The notes below the pieces were generated by a model. That model searched no databases. It had not been told where the DNA came from and saw nothing but the letters and a program-made list of their open reading frames with translations. From Squalus acanthias (taxonomy: Eukaryota): a stretch of 64,000 bases of DNA. Positions within the stretch are counted from its first letter, which is position 1. The number at the start of each line of letters is the position of its first letter. The stretch spans positions 59,088,001 to 59,152,000 of the forward strand of contig CM059432.1 of the NCBI GenBank assembly GCA_030390025.1, given 5' to 3'. Positions 1 through 11,956 of this stretch are shown here, piece after piece. A program made the translations under genes and the position numbers.

Positions 1-1534
1 CACTGAGTAGCTGGGTTATAATTCAGCTGGGCAGGGGTCCAATGTGTGGCAATTGTTTTGAAAATCCTACAATTAGGATAAATTATATTCAGGATAATGA
101 TGTGATCTTGGACATTTTTGCAATTAAACCTGAATTCCAACGGTTAATTCGTTGTTTTAATGACACTAGATCTTTTTGATTACTGTTAATTTCTCAAGGA
201 ATTTTTATTGTGAATCCTCTGTTCTTACTAAGGCTGCTTGATTGTTATGCCTTTTCTTCTGCTGAGAACTATGGGTAAATTAAATTATTGATTCACATTT
301 CTTGTGTAAATATTAATCTCCTTACTTAAATAAAGAGGACTATTATTGAGTGGGCCCCACACAAGAACACCTAGCTGCAAAAAGAGAAGTACTGTAATGA
401 CAAAAGAGACTTCCTAAATGAGAAAGCATAGAATGCTTTGAGAAGAGGCATGACAACTAGCTAGGAAAACGTTACATTAGTTTGGTGAAGAAAATGGTAA
501 ATAATGGAATGAAAGCAATCATTATCACTGCTTTTTATTACATCCGGATGTGATTTGTGTGCCCAGCATAAGGGAAATGCAGCTTTAAAGGTCAAGCGAC
601 AAGGTTTATATTTGTGCCTGACTGGGACAAGACACCAGTAAATAAGCCCACCTAATACAATTCACAGCAAGCCTCTTACTAAATGGAATTCTTTATCCAG
701 GGACTGAAATGTCATTTTTTTTTCATAGTTAGCCCAGCTGCCACAATTGCCATTACCTTCCTTTTGAGTTCATCATTCTTAGTTATTGGGTGATAGTACC
801 ATTGAGTATTGTTTAAGTGGCTGATTGGTGCAAATAATCAAAAAAGTGTGATTATTATTTGTAAATATTAAACAAGGCGCACACGTTATTTAAGAGTCAA
901 TCTATTGAAAAGGTCAGATGGTCATCTAGTGCACAGGGCACAGATTCTGTTCATGATGCCCCAGGAAAAATGACCAATTTCAACTAGGCAGTGGTGCTGG
1001 GAGGAAAAGAAAATTCAATAGTAAGTATTTAAAAAGGAAGAAAATGAAAGCATACATGAAAGAACAGGGAGATGGGATTAGAGTAGATAGTTTTGGTTGA
1101 AGAGCAAGCACCAGCACAGCTTTGATGGGCCAAAGAGCTTCCTTCAGTGCTGTAATTGCTATGCTTCTATATCTTAGATTAAGCTTCAAAGTGAGTCTCA
1201 GGAGGAATAATTGTTTTAGCTTTTATAATGTCATTGCATGGTACTTTATGGGAAAAGGAAATGGAATGGCTTTAAAACTTTCACTGCCTCCATGTAAGAA
1301 CTGTTTGGCACTACTTTCTTTGTCTGGTAACAGAAAAGCCATGTGTCCTTGCTGTTATGGCAATGTCGTGCGGAAGTAAGATGATGATGTACTTTTATTT
1401 CATTGTGGCATGTATTTGTAAATAAACAGAAAGAAAGATTGCTTTTTCACAAGGATGGTATCTCACCAAACAAAAATAGGGCAAAGATATACAAAATGCA
1501 ACTAATTTCAAAACGGACCCCAGCATTACTGTGG

Positions 1535-1760
1535 AACCTGCTACATGCAGCTCAGAGGGAGTAAGTAAAATGTGATGCAAAGCAGGGGGAGTGAGTAACC
1601 TGGTAGATGCAATTTAAAGGGAGTAACTAATCTGCTACTGCAACTCAAAAGGTGTAAGCAACCTGCTAGATATAACCTAAAGACAGTAAGTAACCTGGTA
1701 GGTGCAACACAAAGAGTGCGAATAGCCTGATAGGTGCAACTCAAAAAGAGAGACCATCAA
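1535..1760 (+). repeat. Degenerate ~32-bp tandem repeat, about 7 units
   Basis: Recurring aacctgStagRtgcaac...aaag..agtaagta units, e.g. aacctggtagatgcaatttaaagggagtaact and aacctggtaggtgcaacacaaagagtgcgaat. Confidence 0.65.
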
Positions 1761-2262
1761 ATTCAATCCAAAGGGGATAGCCTGCATAATACAATTCATA
1801 GCAAGTTTCTTACTAAATGAAATTATTTATCCAGGAGCCAAAATGTCAATTCTTTTCATTGTTGGCCCAGTTGGGATAATTACTTATTAAATCTAATAGC
1901 TTACTTAAACTTGCAGTCAAACTTTTTCATTCCTCTGCTTTCCCAGGCTTATTACTTAATGGTAAGAAGCACACTAACAGCTTGGTTTTGTTATTGGAAG
2001 ATTGGAGTAAACAATTACTTGAGAAATTATTAATTAAAATAATAATCTCACCCAGATAAAAATTGGCCAAGAAATATTTTGGTAAGCTGGGCAACTGGGA
2101 TCTGGCTTTTGACCCCTGGATTATACACACGATCACAGGCAATTAAACAAAATGGCCCATATGTCAAGTCTGAATGAACGTTGACATTAAGGTACAAATA
2201 GCAAATACAGCATTGCATTTAAAGGAAGACTGTTGAGAAGAGTTCACAATTTAATTTTCAAT

Positions 2263-2993
2263 GGCCCAGAAATTGATCTCGCTCTGTTCCCGCGGGGGTA
2301 AGCCTTCCCCGCGATGTCTCACCTCGCTTATGCTTTTTCAGATCCAGCTCGCACGAACTTGATGTTCCAGACATCAGCTGTGCTGGGCTTGCGTATCCCA
2401 GCGGCGTAGTGAATTCGTGCGAGCTGTGGGATCACGTGACTCAGTTAGAGCCAATGGCAGCAGACCATCTTCCATTCATAAGTCTCACAGCATGGCTGTG
2501 AAATCTATGAATCTTACACCCCCCCAAAATAACAGCTAAACCTCAATTAAATTAAAAAAAAAAACCATCACATTAATAAAATAAGTATAGTTAATTAAAT
2601 TAACCATTTTAAATAAAAAATTAAATTTTTGAAAAAATTTAAAATCTTTTAAAAAGTTATAAAAATAAACTTACCTGTCTTTAAAGTCTATAAAAAAGAT
2701 ATACCTGTAAAAAAAAATTCAAAAAAATACTTAATTCACTACTTACCTTCTTAAAAGCGGGTCTTACTCCTCCTTTTTACATTTCCAAAATCTTCCCTAC
2801 TTACCTGCGCGTCCAAAGCATGAAGTGCACAGCGTGCGCGCACGCGATGCACTCAGGCCCCGCCCCCTTTTCAGTAGAGCAATTGCCGGTTTTCAGCGCA
2901 TGCACAGGGCATGCAGAAAACCGGCAATTGGGAGTGGGAATACGTGAGAGTACGCAGTGCGTACTCTCGCGTCCCGGGATCAATTTTCGGCCC
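2263..2993 (+). mobile_element. Harbinger-type MITE, hairpin family, copy A
   Basis: Imperfect 16-bp TIRs GGCCCAGAAATTGATC / GATCAATTTTCGGCCC. Closely similar to 5921-6664. Confidence 0.85.
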
Positions 2994-3129
2994 ATAGTCT
3001 TTAGCCTAGGAATCCTAAAATTACCAAAACTGTTTGTCAATTCAATCGTATAGGAATCTTTTCATGTTGAATTATATCAAGGCTAATTGCAGAAATCTTC
3101 AAATATATTAGCAGATTGATTTTAAAAAA

Positions 3130-5180
3130 CTATCTAAAACTACTAGCATTTATATTGTGCCTTTAATGTAGAAAAATATCCCAAGGTGTTTCACAAAGGT
3201 TTAGGGAAAAAACTGATCTGAGCTAAAGAAGGAGATATTAGGAATGGTGACCAAAAGCTTGGTTTAAGAGGTGGGTTTTAATTGGGTCTTAAAGGGGGAT
3301 AGGGGGTTGGAAATGCAAAGTTTAGGGAGGGAGTTCCAGAGAGTGGGCAGCTGAAGGCGGCCTGCCAATCATGTGGCGAACAGAGGGGGATGCATGAAAG
3401 GTTGGAGTCACGTAAACAAAGAGTTTCGGAGGTTTGCGGGGGGGGGGGGGGGGGTGGAATCGTAGCACACGAGAAGGTTACAGAGATAGGAAGGGGCGAG
3501 GCCAAGAAGGATTTAAACATAAGGTTGAGAATTTCAAAGTTGAGGTGTTGGAGGACCAGAAGCTAAAGTAGGCCAACGAGGACAGGGGTGATGGGTGAGC
3601 GGAACTTGGTGTAGGATAGCAGCGGACAACAGTATTTTGGATGAGCTAAAGTTTACAGAAGGAGGAACATGGGAGGCCAGCCTGGAGGATATTGGAATAG
3701 TTGTATCTAGAGATGGCAAACACGTGGATGAGGGTTTCAGCAGCAGATGGAGTGAAATAAGGCCAGAGGCGGACATGTTACAGAGGTGGAATTTGGCAGT
3801 CTTTGTGGCAGGGGGCAGGGTATGGGGTCAGAAACTCAGTTCAGTGTCAAATAGGACACCGAGGTTGCGAATAGTCTGATGACCTGAAACAATGGTTTGG
3901 GAGGAGGATGGAGTCAGTAGCAGAAGCCAAAGTCAACAGTTTTAGTCTTCCCAACATTTAGCTGCTAGAAATCACGGTTCATCCAGGACAGGATGTTCAA
4001 TAAGCAGCCTTACAGCACAAGGGCAGTGCAGGGGTCGAAAGGTGATAGAGAAGTAGCTATCAGTGCCATGAGCATACATGTGGAAGCTGTCTCCACGTCG
4101 GCAGATAATATCACCAAGGAGCAGCATGTAGATGAGGAAGAGGAGGGGGCTAAGGATTGATCCTTGAGGGTCTCCTGAGGTGAAGATGCGGTGGGGGGGG
4201 GGGAAAGAGAGGCCATTGTTGGAGATGCTCCGGTCACGATTGGATAGATAAGAGTTAAACCAAGTGACAGCCACCCCACTGAGCTGGACAACAGAGGAGC
4301 GGTGGTGGAGGAGGATGGTGTGTACGACCATGTCAAAGGCTGCAGAAAAATCGAGGAGGACAAGGAAGATAATGCACCATGGTCACAAACATAGAGAATG
4401 TCATTCGTGACTTTAGTTAGGTTGATTTGGTGCTGTGGGAGGCGCAGAAATCTGATTGGAAGGATTCAAACAGGGAGTTGCAGGAGAAATGGTTTCAGAT
4501 CTGGGAGGCAACAACACATTCAAGGACCTTGGAGAGGTTGGAGATGGGGTGGCATTTTGCAAGGTTAAAAGAATCAAGGGTAGGGTTTTTGAGGAGGGGA
4601 TGATGATGACAGTTTTGAAAGGAAGGGGACAATGTCTGAGAAGAGGAAATTATTTGTAATGTGAGAAAACATGGGGCCAGGAAAGGAAGTTACGTGGTCA
4701 GCAATTTAGTGGAATGGGGTCGAGGGAGCAGGAGGGGGATCTCATGAACAAGGTGAGCTTGGAAAGGGCATGGGTTAGATGGAAGAGAAACTAGAGAGAA
4801 TCGACAGTTCAGGGCTAGTGCAGTGGGGTCCTGGGGGGAGGTTTGGCTTGGTGAGCAAGGTGAAGGGGGAGAAGCTGCAGAGGCAGTTGAATAGATGGTT
4901 TCTATCTTGGCGACACAGATATCCATGAGCTCCTTACACTTGTTACAGGTGAGGGTGGAGGGGTCAAAGGTTTGGGAAGGGGGCAAGGGTTTGGTGAGGG
5001 GGCAAGGATTTGGGGAGGTGGTCAAAAGTGGAGAAAAGAGTTAGGAATCATCTTTTCTCTCCAGGATTATCCTTGGTGAGGGGGCAAGGATTTGGGGAGG
5101 TGGTCAAAAGTGGAGAAAAGAGTTAGGAATCATCTTTTCTCTCCAGGATTATCCTTGGGTAGTGAACGGTTTTGGAAAAG
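3130..5180 (-). mobile_element. Degraded L2-clade LINE
   Basis: RT remnants WFNSYLSNR and PQGSILSPLLFLIYM; L2-like 3' tail near 3145-3200. Confidence 0.75.
4991..5158 (+). repeat. Perfect 82-bp tandem duplication
   Basis: 4991-5072 equals 5073-5154, with TTGG microhomology at the junctions. Confidence 0.9.
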
Positions 5181-5615
5181 GAGTTCAGATTGATTTTTCT
5201 CTATAGTTACAGATACATTTTCACTTTTATTCGTTGATTATATTTAATATTTATAACTGGCAGAAAAATACATTCTAAAACATGCACACTCTGCAGTTAG
5301 TATTTTCAAAAATAATTTTATACGCCTGCCTTTATTAGACCATTTAATAACACAAAGTTCTGGTAGAATGATATGGCAATAGGGTAAATTTTCCACTTCT
5401 AGCATAAAGCCTCACCTGCTGGGAGTGCATATCAGGAAATCACACGTGAGCAGCCCTTCATTATTCTGTCAGGAAAATCAAAGGCTTCATGCAATTTTCA
5501 AACATGCACTTCTGGTAGTCATGGGTTGCAATTAATTTGCAAAAGTGGCAAATCTACCTTAAAATAACTACAGGGTTACTTATTGCACAACTCTGCCTCC
5601 TATACTATAAGAGTG

Positions 5616-5897
5616 TGACCCTCAAAGCCTCCTTGAAAAAGTACAACATCCCCACTGACACCTGGGAATCCCTGGCCCAAGACCGCACAAAGTGGAGGAG
5701 AAGCATCCGGAAGCAAGCGGAAGCAGCGCAAGGAGCGTACGTCAACCCAAGCACCCCACCCAGCCGCCCCTTCAACCACCGTCTGCCCCACCTGTGACAG
5801 AGACTGTAGGTCCCGCATTGGACTCAGTCACCTGAGAACTCATTTTTAATGTGGAAGCAAGTCATCCTCGGTTCCGAAGGACTGCCTAAGAAAAGAG
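5616..5897 (+). mobile_element. 5'-truncated RTE-clade LINE 3' end
   Basis: TLKASLKKYNIPTDTWESLAQDRTKWRR plus a C-terminal CPTC...H zinc-finger remnant. Flanked by direct repeat AAGAGTG (5609-5615 and 5898-5904). Confidence 0.75.
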
Positions 5898-5920
5898 AAG
5901 AGTGACCTGTAAGATACAAT

Positions 5921-6664
5921 GGCCCAAAAATTCGTGAGGAAGCCTTCGTGCGAGGGTAAGGCCTCCCCGCGATCTCTCACTGCGCGTTGGCTTTTTCAGT
6001 TCCAGCTCGCACGAACTTGATGTTCTGGACAGCTGCTGTGCTGGGCTTGCGTATCCCACCGGCGTAGTTAATTCGTGCGAGCTGTGGGATCACGTGACTC
6101 AGTTAGAGCCAATGGCAGCACACCATCTTCCATTCATAACTTTCACATAAGTGCTGTGAAAGTTATGAATACTATAGCTCCCCAAAAGAACCGCTAAACC
6201 TCAATTAAATTTTTTAAAAAAACCATCACATTAATAAAATAAGTATAGTTAAATAAATTAACCATTTTAAATAAAAAATTAAATTTTTGAAAAAATTTAA
6301 AATCTTTTAAAAAGTTATAAAAATAAACTTACCTGTCTTTAAAGTCTCTAAAAAAGATATACCTGTTAAAAAAAATTCAAAATAATACTTAATTCACTAC
6401 TTACCTTGTTAAAAGTGGGTCTTACTCCTCCTTTTTTTATGTGTAGAATCTTCCGTACTTACCTGCGCGTTGAAACCACTAAGTGCACAGCGTGCGCGCA
6501 GCCTGTAGCGCGCACGCGGTTCACCTAGGACCCGCCCCCTTTTCCATTCACCAAGTACCGGTTTTCAGCGCATGCGCAGTGCATGCAGAAAACCGACAAT
6601 TGGAGACAGAATACGCGAGAGTACGCAGTGCGTACTCTCGCGTAGCGGCACTAATTTTTGGACC
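5921..6664 (+). mobile_element. Harbinger-type MITE, hairpin family, copy B
   Basis: TIRs GGCCCAAAAATTCGTG / CACTAATTTTTGGACC; 3-bp TSD AAT on both sides. Confidence 0.9.
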
Positions 6665-6914
6665 AATAAATATAATTTCTTGACCGATATAATAAGTTTT
6701 TTTAATATTATTAAAATATTTGCAAACAATGGATCCAGTATTCTACCATCATAATAGAAACAAGTTAAAAAAAAGGATATTAATCATCTCAAATAATTTT
6801 ATCCACAATTCCCTTCAGCTATCACTATTAAATAAGTCTGGTTTGGAGTCAGCAGTTTCTTAGGAGCCAAAGAACACTTTTTATTTATATCTACTTTGCT
6901 AAAATTAGCAATTT

Positions 6915-7035
6915 CAGAGGAGATCGGGCGGGAAAGTGGAGTTGAGGCCGAAGATCAGCCATGATCTTATTGAATGGCAGAGCAGGCTCGAGGGACCGTA
7001 TGTCCGACTCCCGCTCCTAAATCTTATGTTCTTAA
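6915..7035 (+). mobile_element. Short CR1 3' end fragment
   Basis: gatcagccatgatcttattgaatggcagagcaggctcgagg...cttatgttctt, matching the 3' UTRs of the other CR1 copies. Confidence 0.75.
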
Positions 7036-7532
7036 ATCTCAACTATCCGAAGAAGTTGGTAATATGATGATGTCCTAGTTAAGCTTAGTAATGTCATGTC
7101 AGTGAAATAAAGAGGTAATACCTGGTTATGATGATGCCAGTGAAATAAGAATGTTTGATTCATCATGTAATTGACATGAAGAAGTCAGGATTGAGCATCT
7201 TGCCAATGTCCAAAAGGAATCACTGGTAATAAAACAGTTTAATGATGTCACTGTTGGATATGATGATTGTAGACATAAGACTTCAAGTGGGAGTTAAAAT
7301 CAGAGAAGGGATGGCCATATTAGTGACATTACCTATTTATTATTTGTTAGGATATAAATGACACTTTAAAATGATTTTCTTATTGCTTTTTCCTCCACTC
7401 CCCAACAAGAGTTAATAACAACAACCTGGATTTAGATAATCTGCCAAAGTGCTTCACAGAGACAAAAATAAGAAGTGCTGGGAAAAGGGGCTGAACACGT
7501 GATTAAAAAGGAAGGTTTTAAGGAGGCTTTTT

Positions 7533-9027
7533 GAAACATAGAAAAATAGGAGCAGGAGTAGGCCATTCGGCCCTTCGAGCCTGCTCTGCCATTCAATATG
7601 ATCATGGCTGACCCTCTATCTCAATACCATATTCCCGCTCTCTCCCCATACCCCTTGATGCCTTTTGTGTCTAGAAATCTATCTATCTCCTTCTTAAATA
7701 TATTCAGTGACTTGGCCTCCACAGCCTTCTGTGGTAGAGAATTCCACAGGTTCACCACCCTCTGAGTGAAGAAATTTCTCTTCATCTCAGTCCTAAATGT
7801 CCTACCCCGTATCCTGAGACTGTGATCCCTCGTTCTAGACACCCCCCAGCCAGGGGAAACATCCTCCCTGCATCCAGTCTGTCTAGCCCTGTCAGAATTT
7901 TATACGTTTCAATGAGATCCCCTCTCATTCTTCTAAACTCTAGTGAATACAGGCCTAGTCGACCCAATCTCTCCTCATACGACAGTCCTGCCATCCCAGG
8001 AATCAGTCTGGTGAACCTTCGCTGCACTCCCTCTCTATGGCAAGTATATCCTTTCTTTGGTAAGGAGACCAAAACTGCACACAGTACTCCAGGTGTGGTC
8101 TCACCAAGGCCCTGTACAATTGTAGTAAGACATCCTTGCTCCTGTACTCAAATCCTCTTACAATGAAGACCAACATACCATTTGCCTTTCTAACTGCTTG
8201 CTGCACCTGCATGTTTGCTTTCAGTGACTGGTGTACAAGGACACCCAGGTCCCTTTGTACATTAGTATTGCCCAATCTAGCACTATTTAAATAATACTCT
8301 ATCTTTCTGTTTTTCCTACCGAAGTGGATAACTTCACATTTATCCACATTATACTGCATCTGCCATGTATTTGCCCACTCACTCAACTTGTCTAAATTGC
8401 CTTGAAGCCTCTTTGCATCCTCCTCACAACTCACAATCCCACCTAGTTTCGTGTCGACAGCAAACTTGGAAATATTACATTTGGTTCCCTCATCCAAATC
8501 ATTGATATATATTGTGAATAGCTGGGGCCCAAGCACTGATCCCTGCGGTACCCCACTAGTCACCGCCTGCCACCCCGAAAAAGACCCATTTATTCCTACT
8601 CTCTGTTTCCTGTCTGTTAACCAATTTTCAATCCATGCCAGTATATTACCCCCAATCCCATGTGCTTTAATTTTGCACACTAACCTCTTATGTGGGACTT
8701 TATCAAAGGCCTTCTGAAAATCCAAATACACCACATCCACTGGTTCTCCCTTATCTATTCTACCAGTTACATCCTCAAAAAAACTCCAGTAGGTTTGTCA
8801 AACACGATTTCCCTTTCATAAATCCATGTTGACTTTGTCTAATCCCATTGATATTTTCTAAGTGTCCTGTTATCACATCCTTTATAATAGACTCTAGCAT
8901 TTTCCCTACTACTGATATTAGGCTAACCGGTCTGTAGTTCCCTGTTTTCTCTCTCCCTCCTTTTTTAAATAGTGGGGTTATATTTGCCACCCTCCAATCT
9001 GCAGGAACTGTTCCATAATCTATAGAA
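7533..9027 (-). mobile_element. 5'-truncated CR1 LINE (RT, frameshifted)
   Basis: ORFs with YLDFQKAFDKVPH, GVPQGSVLGP and RPHLEYCVQFW; TTCTATGT tail. Confidence 0.92.
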
Positions 9028-11956
9028 GAGGTAGCAAGGAATGTGGAGCCAATGATGTAGGTAAGAAAAGGGTTGAGGTCCTACAGACAGAGTTTCAGGA
9101 GTTAGAGAGGAATGTTAAAGAGCACAAGCTCAAAAGGTAGTAATTTCTGGATTACTCCCAGTGGTACATGGTAGTGAGTATAGGAGCAGTAAGATAAGAC
9201 AGGTTAACACGTGGCTGGAGAAATGGTGCAGGAGGGAGGGCTTCAGATTCCTGAGGTATTAGAACCAGTTCTGGGGCAGGAGGAACCTGTACAAGATGGG
9301 CAGATTACACTTCAACAGCGCTGTGATCAATGTCCTCGCAGGGCAGTTAACTAGTGCTATGGGGAAGGGTTTAAACTAATTTGGCTGGGGAAGGGGCACC
9401 AGGATGAAGCATCAGAGAGGAGATACAGGTTCAAGTAGTCACATGGGATTATGATATAGTGGCAATAAAGAAGATCTGGCTTAAACAAGGGGAAAAATGG
9501 TCACTTAATATTCCTGGCTACAATGTGTTTAGGAAAGATAGGGAAGGAAAAGAAGATACTGTTACAGCAACAATAACTTGTATTTATACAGCGCCTTTAA
9601 TATAGTAACACATCCCAAGGCGCTAGAACTAGAAAAGGATGATATACTTGAGGGTTCAAAGCCAGACCTAGTTGGTTAGAATTAAGGAACAATAGATGAG
9701 CTATTATGTTGCTGGGTGTATACTATAGGCCACCAAATAGTGGGAAGCAGATAGAGCAGCACACTTGCAGGAAAATTGCAGAAAGATGCAAGAACTTTAG
9801 AGTAGTGAGAATGGGGAACTTCAAATATCCTAACATAGACTTGGAAAATAACATTGTAAAGAGCAAAGAGGAGGAGGAATTTCTGAAATGTGTACAAGAG
9901 AATTTTCTTCATCAGGATGTTTCCAGCCCAAAGAGGAAGGAAGCAGTGCTGGATCTAGTTCTGGGGAATGGAGTAGGGCATGTTTCAGTGGGAGAGCATT
10001 TGGGAAATAGTGATCACAATATCATTAGATTTAGAGTAGTTATGGAAAAGGACAAGGAATAATCAAATGTGAAAATATTCAACTGGAGGAGGGCTAATTT
10101 CAGTGAGTTGAAAAGGGATCTGGTCTAGGTGGATCAGAATCAAAGATTGGGAGGCCTTCAAAGAGGAGACAGTTCGGGTACAGACTAGACACATTCCCAT
10201 GAGGGGGAAAAGAAGTGCATCCAAAGCTAGAACTTCTTGGATAACTAAAAATATAGAGATTAAAATAAAACAGAAAAAGGAGCTTACGTCAGGTTCATAA
10301 TTTAGTAGCTGAATACAAAAAAATACAGCGGAGAACTGAAAAAGGAAATAAGAGGAGCAAGAGAGTATATGAGAATAGATTCGCAGCTAACATAAAAGAG
10401 AAACCAAAAGTCTTTTATAAACATATAAAAAGTAAAAAGGTAGTCAAAGGAAGAGTGGGGCCGATTAGGGACCAAAAAGGAGATGAATACTTTGCATCTG
10501 TCCACTAAAGAAGAGGATGCTGCCAATATCACAGTAAAGGAGGATGTAGTAGAGAAATTGGATAGGATAAAAAGATATAAAGAGGAGGTAGTAAAAGGAT
10601 AGCAGCGCTCAAACTAGAAAAGTCACCCGGTCCGAATGGGATGTGTCCTAAGTTGCTGTGGGAAACAAAGGTGGAAATTGCGGAGGCTCTGGCCACAATC
10701 TTCCAATCCTCCTTAGATATGGGAGTGGTGCCAGAGGACTGGAGGATAACAAATGTTACACACCTATTCAAAAAAGGGCAGTGGGATAAACCCGGCAATT
10801 ACAGGCCAATCAGCCAAACATTGGTGGTAGTGAAACTTTTAGAGACATTAATCCAGTACTAAATTAATTGGCACTTGGAAAAATATGGGTTAATAAATGA
10901 AAGCCAGCATGGATTTGTTAAAGGTAAATTGTGTTTGACTAACTTGATTGAGTTCTTTGATGAAGTAGCGGTGAGGGTGGATGAGGATAGTTCGGTTGAT
11001 GTTGTGTATATGGACTTTCAAAAGGCGTTTGAGAAAGTACCACATAATAGACTTGTTAGAAAAATTGAAGCCCATGGGATTAAAGGGGCAGCGGCTGCAT
11101 GGATACAAAATTGCCGATGGGACAGTAAGCAGACACTAGTGGAGAACAGTTGTTTTTCCAGACTGGAGGGAAGTGTGCAGTGGTATACCGCAGGGGTTGG
11201 TGTTGGGACAACTGCTCTTTTTGATATATATTAATGACCTGGGCTTGGATATACAGCCCATAATTTCAAAGTTTGCAGATGACACGAAACTCAGAAATGT
11301 AGTAAACAGTGAGGAGTATAGCAACAGACTTTAGGAGGACATAGACAGACTGGTGAAATGGGCAGACACACGGCAAATGAAATTTATTGCAAAGAAGTGT
11401 GAAGTGATTAATTTTGGTAGGAAGAATGAGGACAGTCAAGACAAACTAAATGGTATAATTTTAAAGAGGGTGCAGGAACAGAGTGACCTGTGGGTGTACA
11501 TACACAAGCCTTTGAAGGTGGGAGGACAAGTTGAGAAGGCTGTTAAAAAGGCATACGGGACGCTTGGCTTTATAAATAGAGGCATAGATTAAGCAAGGAA
11601 GTTATGCTAAACCTTTATAAAACACTGATTCGGCCCCAGCTGGAGTATTGTGGCCGTTTCTGGGCACCACACTGTAGGAAAGATGTCAAGGCCCTAGAGA
11701 GAGTATCGACGAAATTTACTAGAATGGTACCAGACTTCACTTATCTGGAGAGACTGGAGTTGTTCTCCTTAGAGCAGAGAAGGTAAGGGGAGATTTGATA
11801 GAGGTGTTGAAAATCTTGAAAGGTTTTGATAGAGTAAATAAGGAGAAACAGATTCCAGTGGAGAAGGGTTAGTAACCAGAGGACACAGATTTAAAGTAAT
11901 TGGCAAATAAACCAGAGGCGACATGAGAGGAAAAAAATTACACAGCGAGTTGTTAT

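Noticed and set aside
1535..1760. CRISPR-like array
   Set aside because: Units are degenerate along their whole length, with no constant repeat and unique spacer pattern; eukaryotic context and no cas genes.
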